Shown here: piece by piece, positions 1-8,471 of the stretch
How the letters are laid out: each line of letters starts with the position of its first letter
How positions within the stretch are numbered: position 1 is the stretch's first letter
Assembly: GCA_041572575.1 (NCBI GenBank)
Contig: JBFFSH010000069.1
Coordinates: 1-13,646 of the forward strand
DNA: 13,646 nucleotides
Direction of reading: 5' to 3'
Origin: Thermodesulfobacteriota bacterium
GTDB lineage: Bacteria; Desulfobacterota_D; UBA1144; Nemesobacterales; N074bin48
Translations under genes and position numbers: made by a program
The notes under the pieces: generated by a model
What the model saw: only the letters and a program-made list of their open reading frames with translations
What the model was told of the DNA's origin: nothing
Databases searched by the model: none

Positions 1-393
1 GCCTCAGGATCTGTTGGCCCGCTTGGCGCTATAGTAATTGGTATTAGTTCGGGATTTCTTGCCAATATTGCTTCAACATCAATAAAACAAAAACTGGGTT
101 ATGATGATGCGCTTGATGTTGTAGGTGTACACGGAGTCGGCGGCCTTATTGGTATTTTACTTGTAGCATTTTTTGGCTCTCCGCTTCTGGGAGGAACAGT
201 AGAAGGCCTGGTGATGTCTAAACAGTTTGGCATACAGGCTTTTGGTGCTGTATTTACTATAATATATACAGCTATCTTTTCTTATATAATTTTAAAAGTA
301 ATTGATATGGTAATTGGACTTAGAGTGGACGATGAATCTGAGCTGCAGGGTCTTGACCTAGCAGAGCATGGTGAGTCTGGTTACGATTTATAA
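1..393 (+). CDS. amtB: Ammonium transporter (Amt/AmtB family), 3' part; 5' end lies outside the window
   Basis: Frame +1 is open from base 1: ASGSVGPLGAIVIG...KQKLGYDDALDVVGVHGVGGLIG...GLRVDDESELQGLDLAEHGESGYDL*. DD(A/S)LDV(F/V)GVHG and the C-terminal LRV..E.E..GLD..EHGE..Y are Amt signatures. The ORF-track 211..393 call is only the tail. Confidence 0.96.
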   Translation, partial: ASGSVGPLGAIVIGISSGFLANIASTSIKQKLGYDDALDVVGVHGVGGLIGILLVAFFGSPLLGGTVEGLVMSKQFGIQAFGAVFTIIYTAIFSYIILKVIDMVIGLRVDDESELQGLDLAEHGESGYDL

Positions 394-417
394 GTTTTAT
401 TAATCTGAATTCTAATC

Positions 418-451
418 TCACCAGATCAGATAATATTATCTGATCTGGTGA
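418..451. terminator. Perfect 34-bp palindrome between convergent amtB and SPFH genes; probable bidirectional terminator/hairpin
   Basis: TCACCAGATCAGATAATATTATCTGATCTGGTGA equals its own reverse complement. It lies 24 bp after the amtB stop and 17 bp past the SPFH stop. There is no strong U-tract on either side. Confidence 0.65.
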
Positions 452-468
452 TTAATTAACCAACATAT

Positions 469-1350
469 TTATTTATCAGGATCTATATTTAACAGCGGTA
501 TTGCATCACCACCTGTAAACTTTGGTAATACACCATTCCATTTTTCAGCAATCCTAAGCTGAATTAAAGCGGGGTTGCCTCTCAGGGCTTTAGCTTCTCT
601 TGCTATAGCATCCGCTCTTGCTTTTGAAGCTATTTCTATTTGAAAAGCCTCTGCCTCTGCTGCTAGTTTTTTCTCTTCCGCGGCGGCTTCTGCCTGAGTG
701 ATTCTTCTTATCTTTTCATTTTTAGCCTGTAGCGCTTCCTGCTCAGCTCTAACTTTCAGCTCAATAGCTTTATTAAATTCGTTTGAAAAATCAAAATCTG
801 TAATAGCTACGTTTGCTATAGTGAGTGCATTTTCAGCTTGTTTATCCTTTAGAGTTATTCTAATAAAATTATTGATAGCTTCTTGTATTCGAATTTTCAC
901 CTCTTCTCGTTTGGTGACTAACTCTTCTGCTGTATATTGAGCGGTAATTGCTTTTACAGATTCCTGTATAGCAGGTTCAATCAAAGTAACTGCGACTACT
1001 TGCCTCACGCCAATTTTTTGATATGTTTTTGGAGCTACAGCGCCAACTAGAGAATACTGCACGGTTACCTGAGTTTTAACAGTTTGAAGGTCCTTAGAAG
1101 CAGATGCCGCTTGCGCATGGGCCTTTGTAAGCCTAACATCCATTACCTCAACCTTATCAATAAATGGCTTTTTAAAATGGAAGCCTTCTGGAAGTGCTTT
1201 GGGCTGAACTGCTCCAAATGTTCTGACAACTCCCACATGTCCACTTTGAACAGTCACATAACTGTTGACCACCATCACAATTATCGCGATAATGACCGGA
1301 ATTATGAAATTAAATTTTGGTATTTTTATATCCTTTAAATCAGAAGACAT
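469..1350 (-). CDS. SPFH/band 7/prohibitin family membrane protein
   Basis: N-terminal TM helix, then V..GHVGVV..FG.V....L.EGFHF..PFI, ASKDLQ.V, YTAEELVTKRE, DFDFS.EFNKAIE.K and an Ala/Glu-rich coiled coil, ending in EKWNG.LP. AGGGGG RBS-like motif upstream. Confidence 0.93.
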   Translation of the reverse strand: MSSDLKDIKIPKFNFIIPVIIAIIVMVVNSYVTVQSGHVGVVRTFGAVQPKALPEGFHFKKPFIDKVEVMDVRLTKAHAQAASASKDLQTVKTQVTVQYSLVGAVAPKTYQKIGVRQVVAVTLIEPAIQESVKAITAQYTAEELVTKREEVKIRIQEAINNFIRITLKDKQAENALTIANVAITDFDFSNEFNKAIELKVRAEQEALQAKNEKIRRITQAEAAAEEKKLAAEAEAFQIEIASKARADAIAREAKALRGNPALIQLRIAEKWNGVLPKFTGGDAIPLLNIDPDK

Positions 1351-1446
1351 TTTGAAAACCCCCTATAGTTTTAATTTCTCTTTATTAGTATCAAAGAGAG
1401 AATTTTAAGAATTAGTTATGAATATCAATATAGGCACAATAAATAA

Positions 1447-1477
1447 ATTTTAAAGTGCTATGAGAATAATTGTCATA
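1447..1477 (-). promoter_or_regulatory. Candidate sigma70 promoter for the SPFH gene overlapped by a Fur-box-like inverted repeat
   Basis: Minus strand: ATGACA (1476-1471), 18 nt spacer, TAAAAT (1452-1447). 1459-1477 TATGAGAAT-A-ATTGTCATA is a 9-1-9 near-palindrome; its core TGAGAATnATTGTCA matches TGATAATnATTATCA at 12/14. The AT-rich background lowers specificity. Confidence 0.35.
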
Positions 1478-1481
1478 ATTT

Positions 1482-2765
1482 CTATAAATTTTCATAAACA
1501 ATATTACCGCCAACAATCGTATAATTCACTTTTCCTTTTACCACCCTATCATGAAAAGGAGTGTTTTTACCCTTTGACCTAAATAGATGCCTGTCAATCA
1601 CAGACTCATCAATAGTATTGAATATTACAACATCAGCAACCGATCCTTCTTTTAATGTGCCTCTATCAGAACCAATAATTGCAGCCGGAATATGTGTGAG
1701 CTTTGAAACCATATCATCAATAGATATAACTTTTTGTTCTACTAACTGAAGTGACAGCTGAAGTGCGGTTTCCAGTCCTGTAATCCCAAATGGCGCCTTA
1801 TCAAACTCAACTTTTTTTTCATCCTCGGAATGCGGGGCATGGTCTGTGGCAATAGCATCTATTGTACCGTCTGAAAGCCCCTCACGTATGGCATCAACAT
1901 CTTTAGCAGTTCTGATTGGCGGATTTACCTTTGCAAATGTATTGTAGTCCTTAACTATTTCATCAGTAAGATGAAAATGGTGCGGAGTAGCTTCTGCAGT
2001 TACTTTGACTCCTCTTGATTTAGCCTCTCTTATTATTCTAACTGAACCTTCGGTTGAAACATGACAAACATGCAGCCGTGTTCCGGTAAGCTCACTAAGA
2101 TTTATATCTCTTGCGATCATTACCTCTTCAGATGCATTGGGTATTCCTTTTAATCCAAGTGTAGTAGAAGTAACCCCTTCGTTCATAACCCCGTCACAGG
2201 AAAGCCCCTTATCCTCTGCATGAATAAGGACGGGAATATCAAAAGCCTTTACATATTCCATGGCATTTCTCATAATCCCTGAATGCATAACGGGCATACC
2301 ATCATCTGATATCCCTACACATCCTGCTTCATACATCTCACCAATATGCGCTAAGGATTCACCCTGCTCACCAATTGTAATGGCACCAATTGGAAGTACG
2401 TTTACAATCCCTTCAGTTCTGGCTTTATATAAGATAAACTCTGTTACTGAGGCATTATCATTAACAGGATTTGTATTGGGCATACAAACAATAGTCGTAA
2501 ATCCTCCTGCTGCCGCAGCTTCACAACCTGTCTTTATTGTTTCCTTATGCTCAAAACCTGGTTCTCTTAAATGAACATGCAGGTCTATTAAACCCGGGCT
2601 TATTATTTTTCCTTTACAGTCAATCTTTTTAAATCCTTTGTACTTCGATTCTGTAATTTTGTTGTGAAACCCTTTTATCCTGCCTTCCTCAATAAGCACA
2701 TTTCCTTTTTTATTTATGTTCTGGGATGGATCAATAATAGTTCCATTTTCTAGGATTAGATTCAA
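1482..2765 (-). CDS. pyrC: Dihydroorotase (long, type I/multifunctional-complex type)
   Basis: PGLIDLHVHLREPG, AAAGGFTT..CMPNT.P, HVCHVST, EATPHH, KVNPPIR, IATDHAPH, SKGKNTPF motifs with metal ligands intact. Overlaps pyrB stop by 4 bp. Confidence 0.97.
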   Translation of the reverse strand: MNLILENGTIIDPSQNINKKGNVLIEEGRIKGFHNKITESKYKGFKKIDCKGKIISPGLIDLHVHLREPGFEHKETIKTGCEAAAAGGFTTIVCMPNTNPVNDNASVTEFILYKARTEGIVNVLPIGAITIGEQGESLAHIGEMYEAGCVGISDDGMPVMHSGIMRNAMEYVKAFDIPVLIHAEDKGLSCDGVMNEGVTSTTLGLKGIPNASEEVMIARDINLSELTGTRLHVCHVSTEGSVRIIREAKSRGVKVTAEATPHHFHLTDEIVKDYNTFAKVNPPIRTAKDVDAIREGLSDGTIDAIATDHAPHSEDEKKVEFDKAPFGITGLETALQLSLQLVEQKVISIDDMVSKLTHIPAAIIGSDRGTLKEGSVADVVIFNTIDESVIDRHLFRSKGKNTPFHDRVVKGKVNYTIVGGNIVYENL

Positions 2766-3691
2766 TTTTCACCTCTTTTCTGTACTACATGATATAACAT
2801 GGACATTCTTACCGCTATCCCGTTTGCTACCTGTTCGAGAATTACTGATTTAGAGTTATCTGCAAGCTCTGAGCTAAGCTCTATACCTCTGTTGATTGGC
2901 CCCGGATGCATAAGAATCACATCATCATTTGCAAGGTTTAGTCTTTGCCTTGTAAGCCCATAGAACTTTGAATACTCTCTTAATGATGGAAAGAGATTTG
3001 TATTTTGACGTTCCTTTTGAATTCTAAGCATTATAATTACATCTGCTCCCTTGAGGGATTGTTCTAACGAATAATAATGTTTAACGCCAAGTTCTGAGAT
3101 ATATTTAGGAATTACAGTTGGTGGGCCAACCACTGAGACATTAGCTCCAAGTTTATTAAACCCCCATATGTTTGACCTTGCTACACGACTGTGAAGTATA
3201 TCACCCACAATAACCACGTTTAGCCCTTTAATCCTTTTCTTTCTTTCTTTTACTGTAAAAAGGTCAATCAGTGACTGGCTTGGGTGTTCATGCGAGCCGT
3301 CCCCGGCATTAATTATAGAACAATCAAGTTCTTTTGCCAGCAACCAAGGTGCGCCTGACATAGGATGCCTTATTACGATAATACTGGCGCCCATAGCCTT
3401 TAGGTTTTTAATCGTATCAAGCAGGGTTTCACCCTTTTGCACACTGCTTTGATCGAGGCTTAAATTAAGAACATCCGCGCTCAGTCTTTTCTCCGCTATT
3501 TCAAATGACGACCTGGTTCGGGTACTTGGCTCAAAGAACAGATTTACTACAGTGATTCCTTTTAGCGTAGGCACCTTTTTGATATTTCTAGAGCTAACAA
3601 CTTTCATGGATTCGGCAGTCTTAAGGATCTCATTAATATCCTTTGCCGACATCTCACTTATACCAAGTATATGTCCTTTGGAAAAACCCAT
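2762..3691 (-). CDS. pyrB: Aspartate carbamoyltransferase catalytic subunit
   Basis: FFEPSTRTRSSFE, KGETLLDT, INAGDG.HEHPSQ, GDILHSRVARSN, LRIQKER, MHPGPINRG motifs. Confidence 0.98.
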   Translation of the reverse strand: MGFSKGHILGISEMSAKDINEILKTAESMKVVSSRNIKKVPTLKGITVVNLFFEPSTRTRSSFEIAEKRLSADVLNLSLDQSSVQKGETLLDTIKNLKAMGASIIVIRHPMSGAPWLLAKELDCSIINAGDGSHEHPSQSLIDLFTVKERKKRIKGLNVVIVGDILHSRVARSNIWGFNKLGANVSVVGPPTVIPKYISELGVKHYYSLEQSLKGADVIIMLRIQKERQNTNLFPSLREYSKFYGLTRQRLNLANDDVILMHPGPINRGIELSSELADNSKSVILEQVANGIAVRMSMLYHVVQKRGEN

Positions 3692-3693
3692 AA

Positions 3694-4227
3694 TTATGTT
3701 GTTGTTACTTCAACTCCTTCCCTGCCGTCAGTATCATTCAAAAAGACGTTTACCCTCTTACCCCCTGCAATATCAAATACTGCTCCACAAAAATCGGGCT
3801 GAATGGGAAGCTCTCTATTTCCTCTGTCTACAAGAGTAATGAGTTTAATGGAAGAGGGTCTTCCATAATCCATTACAGCTTCAATTGCAGCCCTTGCCGT
3901 CCTTCCCGTATATATAACATCGTCTACAATTACTACATCTTTATTATTAATATCAAAATCAATATCAGTCTTTTCAATCGTAGGCCATGTATCTTTTGTT
4001 CTGAGATCATCTCTATACAATGTTATATCAAGTATCCCAAGTGGTATATTGTTAATATTATTTGTATTGAGTTGTTTTAATATTCTTTGTGCAACCACAA
4101 TACCCCTGGTTCTGATGCCCACAATACATACATTTTGAAAATCATTAATACTCTCTTGCAGTAATTCTGATATTTTGGTTATTGCAGTTCTTATATCCTC
4201 TACGTCCATCAACAAATCTTTATTCAT
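3694..4227 (-). CDS. pyrR: PyrR-family pyrimidine regulator / uracil phosphoribosyltransferase
   Basis: GIRTRG, LDITLYRDD, PRPP loop VVIVDDVIYTGRT, GRP..I.L..LVDRG.RELPI. The start is probably ATG 4227 (MNKD...); the ORF track uses TTG 4236. Confidence 0.95.
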   Translation of the reverse strand: MNKDLLMDVEDIRTAITKISELLQESINDFQNVCIVGIRTRGIVVAQRILKQLNTNNINNIPLGILDITLYRDDLRTKDTWPTIEKTDIDFDINNKDVVIVDDVIYTGRTARAAIEAVMDYGRPSSIKLITLVDRGNRELPIQPDFCGAVFDIAGGKRVNVFLNDTDGREGVEVTTT

Positions 4228-4241
4228 ATGATGCAAGTCTT

Positions 4242-4592
4242 TTATTTAAACAATGTATCTGTATCAGAAAAACATTGATGGTGAAATTCAAAGTCCTTTT
4301 TATATTTTTTATAAAAATGTGCAGTATCCCAATAACTGATATCCAGATATACTTTTTCCCCTTCGATCTTTATCTGATATTTACTATTTTGTTTAGGTAT
4401 ACCAATTCTGCGAAGATCTTCATCCACTCTCATAAATACAAATTGACTACCATATTTCTTATATCTATCGACCTGTTCTGCGCAGATACCCCTTATACCA
4501 AAGACTCCTTTATATAGAATTGGTCCTACTTTAAATGCTACAAAAAGCAGTACACATACAATTATAACGGTAAATACATTCTTAGCTCCCAT
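4242..4592 (-). CDS. Small single-TM membrane protein, DUF4845-like
   Basis: GGAGGT RBS precedes ATG 4592. N-terminal hydrophobic helix ending FKVGP, then a ~90-aa soluble domain. Size, topology and position just downstream of lepB resemble DUF4845 genes; the family call is from memory and context. Confidence 0.6.
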   Translation of the reverse strand: MGAKNVFTVIIVCVLLFVAFKVGPILYKGVFGIRGICAEQVDRYKKYGSQFVFMRVDEDLRRIGIPKQNSKYQIKIEGEKVYLDISYWDTAHFYKKYKKDFEFHHQCFSDTDTLFK

Positions 4593-4611
4593 TATCAACC
4601 TCCAACTATTG

Positions 4612-5556
4612 TCATTTAATTAATTTAAATATTCTTTCCCATCTAACATCACTAATTAATTTACTATTTCTATCATCCCATGACCAGTGTGTCAGTAAAG
4701 CCTTGCCTGAAATATTTTCAAATGGTACAAGACCCCAATATCGGCTGTCTTTGCTATTATCCCTGTTATCACCCATCACAAAGTAATGTCCTTCCGGTAC
4801 TTTATCAAAAGGTATAAAAATACCCTTATCAGTCGATTCCTTGCCGTTACGATATATAACTTTGTGCTTGTGGTTAAACAGATCCTCTTCATATTCATCT
4901 ACATAGGTAGTGTCGTTGAGGCTGTTACTATCATAAGAACTTGTAAATTTTAAGGGTATTTGTTTTCCATTTATATATAAATTTCTCTTCTTGATAGTAA
5001 TAGAATCTCCAGGAAGACCAACAACTCTTTTAATATAGTGAACTCCTTTTTTTGAAGGTTCCTTATCTCCATTAGGATATATAAAAACAATAACATCACC
5101 ATGTTCTATGTTTTTTATCCCCGGAAGTATCTGTATATTGGTAAAAGGTATTTTGGTTCCATAAATAAATTTTGTGACAAGAAGGTGATCACCCACAAGC
5201 AGGTTTGGAATCATCGATCCGGAAGGAATTTTAAAAGGCTGTACAATAAATTCTCTTACAAACAAAGCCAGAAAAAGAGCTATTATTAATGATTCAATAT
5301 TCTGTCTTAGTTTGGATTTTATAAATTTGGATAAATGTTCAGATTCAAGCTCCCGCAGTTCCTGATTGAGCCTTTTGGTATCCTGTATATTTTTTTGGTT
5401 CAGTGAATGCTCAATAGCGGTGATTTTCTCACCGAATTTATTCTTTATACTTGAATCAATGAGCCCATCACTCTTTACAAGCACTGACTTTATATCAGAT
5501 ATTGTCTGTTTAGCGGATGACTCGATCTTCTTTTCTTCAGAAAATATATTAAACAT
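4612..5556 (-). CDS. lepB: Signal peptidase I with N-terminal extension
   Basis: TM ESLIIALFLALFVR followed by FKIPSGSMIPNLLVGD (catalytic Ser), YIKRVVGLPGD (catalytic Lys), YFVMGDNRDNSKDSRYWG and VRWERIF. Confidence 0.97.
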   Translation of the reverse strand: MFNIFSEEKKIESSAKQTISDIKSVLVKSDGLIDSSIKNKFGEKITAIEHSLNQKNIQDTKRLNQELRELESEHLSKFIKSKLRQNIESLIIALFLALFVREFIVQPFKIPSGSMIPNLLVGDHLLVTKFIYGTKIPFTNIQILPGIKNIEHGDVIVFIYPNGDKEPSKKGVHYIKRVVGLPGDSITIKKRNLYINGKQIPLKFTSSYDSNSLNDTTYVDEYEEDLFNHKHKVIYRNGKESTDKGIFIPFDKVPEGHYFVMGDNRDNSKDSRYWGLVPFENISGKALLTHWSWDDRNSKLISDVRWERIFKLIK

Positions 5557-5649
5557 AATTTAATCGAATAATATAAACGCAGAAATATTAGTTTCAACGG
5601 TTAGGTAAAATAATAATGCAATTTGTTCATATTTCTTATATTAATACTA

Positions 5650-7830
5650 TTAACTAATAGCAACACTACCTGAAGAGTCTTCTGAGATGATACGTTCTAC
5701 AGACTTTACTCCCTTTAGTTTAGTGATACGCATCATAAGTTTATCTAGCTGCTTTATGTCCTTAACATTTATGTCAAAGGTTCCTACTGCATTTGCCTCG
5801 TCTGGGGATGACATTTCGGCTTTAGAAATATTAATGTCTGATGACGATATTGATTTTGTAATATTAGAAAGAATTCCGGGCTCATCATTGCATTTTACCA
5901 AAATTCGAGCTGACATGAGGCCCTTATAGGATTTGTCCCATTCTACATCTATCTTTCTTGATGGATCTATTTCAAAAAGTTGAGGACAATCGCTCTTGTG
6001 TATTGATATTCCTCTGCCTCTTGTTATATAACCAACAATATCCTCTCCAGGTAGCGGGGAACAACAATGTGATATCCTTATCAGGATATCATTATAACCT
6101 CTAACCAAAACTCCATCCGAGCTATCTTTGGTAATAGTTTTTATTATTTTATCAATTCTGCTTGTTTTATCTACCTTATCTAAATCTTTATCATTAGTGA
6201 TAAAATATTTCATTACATCCGAAGCAGATATTTTCCCAAACCCAACAGCTATGTATAGATCATCCACGTTTTTAAAATTGTAGTCTGAGAGCACTTTTTT
6301 AAAATTATCCCCTTTGAGCAATTTCTGAAATTCAATACCCTGTTGCTTAAATTTACGCTCACAAATTGATTTACCAACCATTTTCGACTGATCCTGTTCT
6401 TTGGATCTAAGCCATGATCTTATCTTTGTTTTAGCGCTCGAAGTAACTACGAATTTAAGCCAGTCCTGGTTGGGATATTTATCCTTTCTTGTCATGATCT
6501 CAACCGTATCACCACTTTTCAGGGTGTGATCCAACGGAACTATCTTACCGTTTACGATTGATCCGGAACAGTGGTGTCCCACCTCTGTATGAATAGAATA
6601 TGCAAAATCAACTGGTGTAGCACCATTTGGCATCTCTTTTAAATCACCAGTTGGAGTAAATATATAGACCATATGCGGTATTAAATCTCCTTTTACCGCG
6701 TCCAGAAATTCATTTGGATCCTTGATATCTTTCCATTCAAGTAGCTGTCTTAAATTTGCATACACCCTGTCAAACTCATTTTTTGAATCCTTACCTTCTT
6801 TATATTTCCAGTGTGCAGAAATTCCAAATTCAGAAAGCTCGTGCATCTCCTTTGTTCTGATCTGAATCTCCATCCTCTCCCCAAAAGGACCTATCACAGT
6901 AGTATGAAGTGATTGGTATCCGTTTAATTTGGGAAGAGCAATAAAATCCTTAAATCTACCGGGTACCGGCTTCCAGACCGAATGTACCAAACCCAGAATT
7001 TCATAACACTTACTGACTGAATCTGTAATTATTCTAAAAGCAATAACATCGTAAACCTTATCAAATTCGATATTCTGATTTACCATTTTTGTGTAAATTC
7101 CATAAGAATGTTTCATTCTTCCGGATATCTCGGCTTCGATGTTCGATTCTTCCAGTTTTGATAAAAGCAAAGATTTGACCTCATCAATATACTTGTCCCA
7201 TTCTTTTTTCTTTTTTTGTATTATTCCGTTGATGTTTTTGTATTCTTCGCTTTTTAAATACTTAAAAGAAAGGTCCTCAAGCTCAGTTCTAAGCCAGTAA
7301 ATCCCTAATCTGTGTGCAAGTGGGGCATAAATATCGAATGTTTCTTTCGATATTCTCTTTTGTTTTTCTGGATTTAAGTGTTCCAATGTTCTCATGTTAT
7401 GGAGACGGTCGGCAAGTTTTACGAGAATAACCCTGATGTCCTTTGCAGTTGCAAGTATAAGTTTTCTGAAGCTTTCAGCCTGTTCTTCAACCTTGGTGTT
7501 AAAACTCAGACGGCTTATTTTGGTAACACCGTCTACAAGAAAAGCTACCTCTTTTCCAAAAAGACTTTCAATCTCTTCTTTTGTCGCAAGTGTGTCTTCA
7601 ATCGTGTCATGCAGCATGCCTGTAATAACTGAAGCAACATCAAGCTTCATATCGGCAAGAATTGCAGATACCTCAAGTGGGTGGCTTAAATATGGCTCTC
7701 CGGATACCCTCTTTTGCCCAGCATGCACCTTGGCTGAATAGACATAAGAAGCCTGTATCGACTCAACGTCCTGATCAGAGAGTGTGGTATAAGCACCAAC
7801 CTTATCTATTATGTCATTCGATCTAATCAT
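5650..7830 (-). CDS. rel: Long bifunctional RSH (p)ppGpp synthetase/hydrolase (Rel/SpoT)
   Basis: HD hydrolase (HAGQKR.SGEPYLSHP, LHDTIED, VKLADRLHNMRT), synthetase (GRMKH, RFKDFI..PK.NGYQSLHT, EIQIRT), TGS (TPVDFAYSIHT), CC/ZFD (HCCSPLPGE..H..C) and ACT domains. Confidence 0.97.
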   Translation of the reverse strand: MIRSNDIIDKVGAYTTLSDQDVESIQASYVYSAKVHAGQKRVSGEPYLSHPLEVSAILADMKLDVASVITGMLHDTIEDTLATKEEIESLFGKEVAFLVDGVTKISRLSFNTKVEEQAESFRKLILATAKDIRVILVKLADRLHNMRTLEHLNPEKQKRISKETFDIYAPLAHRLGIYWLRTELEDLSFKYLKSEEYKNINGIIQKKKKEWDKYIDEVKSLLLSKLEESNIEAEISGRMKHSYGIYTKMVNQNIEFDKVYDVIAFRIITDSVSKCYEILGLVHSVWKPVPGRFKDFIALPKLNGYQSLHTTVIGPFGERMEIQIRTKEMHELSEFGISAHWKYKEGKDSKNEFDRVYANLRQLLEWKDIKDPNEFLDAVKGDLIPHMVYIFTPTGDLKEMPNGATPVDFAYSIHTEVGHHCSGSIVNGKIVPLDHTLKSGDTVEIMTRKDKYPNQDWLKFVVTSSAKTKIRSWLRSKEQDQSKMVGKSICERKFKQQGIEFQKLLKGDNFKKVLSDYNFKNVDDLYIAVGFGKISASDVMKYFITNDKDLDKVDKTSRIDKIIKTITKDSSDGVLVRGYNDILIRISHCCSPLPGEDIVGYITRGRGISIHKSDCPQLFEIDPSRKIDVEWDKSYKGLMSARILVKCNDEPGILSNITKSISSSDINISKAEMSSPDEANAVGTFDINVKDIKQLDKLMMRITKLKGVKSVERIISEDSSGSVAIS

Positions 7831-7855
7831 CTATTGTTTTAAAAGTAAATTTTAT

Positions 7856-8413
7856 TTACTTTTTTATGCTTCTTCGAGCTTTTATTATATCAACTAATTT
7901 ATTAAAAGAGTATTCTAACTCACTATTAACAATAATATAATCATAGTTGATGCTTTTTTCTATCTCTTTTCTTACTACTTCCAATCTTTTATCTATTTCA
8001 GGCTCAGAAATGTCTCCCCTATCTATGAGTCTTTGTCTTAAAATCTCCATCGATGGAGGCTTTAAAAATATATATACCGCATCCTCACCTGTTTTTTTAA
8101 TCTTATTAGCGCCGTCTACATTTATATCCAGCAGTACATCGAAATTTCTGCCATGTGACTGTCTGATTATATCAACTGGTGTTCCGTAATAATTCCCATG
8201 TACAAATGCCCATTCTATAAACCTGTTCTCTTCTATCATCGCAGAAAATACTTGCTCATTTACAAACACATAATCTACTCCATCTCTCTCACCTTCTCTG
8301 GGGCTTCTGGTTGTATAGGATGTTGCGAATTTGAGACTATCAAACTCTTCAACCAGTTTCTTAGTAAGTGTGGTTTTACCGCTTCCTGATGGTCCTGAAA
8401 TTACATACAGCAT
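7856..8413 (-). CDS. gmk: Guanylate kinase
   Basis: ISGPSGSGKTT P-loop, SYTTRSPREGERDGVDY.F, FIEWA.VHGNYYGTP, PPSME.L..RL..RG, YDYIIVN. Confidence 0.97.
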   Translation of the reverse strand: MLYVISGPSGSGKTTLTKKLVEEFDSLKFATSYTTRSPREGERDGVDYVFVNEQVFSAMIEENRFIEWAFVHGNYYGTPVDIIRQSHGRNFDVLLDINVDGANKIKKTGEDAVYIFLKPPSMEILRQRLIDRGDISEPEIDKRLEVVRKEIEKSINYDYIIVNSELEYSFNKLVDIIKARRSIKK

Positions 8414-8471
8414 ATAGTTGCCTTATTACCTGTTTTTTGATTATCTGTTGATTAGCATCTGATATTCTAAT

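Noticed and set aside
211..393. 60-aa stand-alone ORF
   Set aside because: It is the C-terminus of amtB, which is open from base 1.
1372..1405. Weak hairpin CTCTTT-N9-AAAGAG upstream of the SPFH gene as a pyr terminator or attenuator
   Set aside because: Short AT-rich stem, no U-tract on the minus strand and no PyrR-binding loop motif.
5570..5597. TTGAAA-N16-TATATT candidate lepB promoter
   Set aside because: Plausible, but such matches are frequent in AT-rich DNA and cannot be supported without TSS data.
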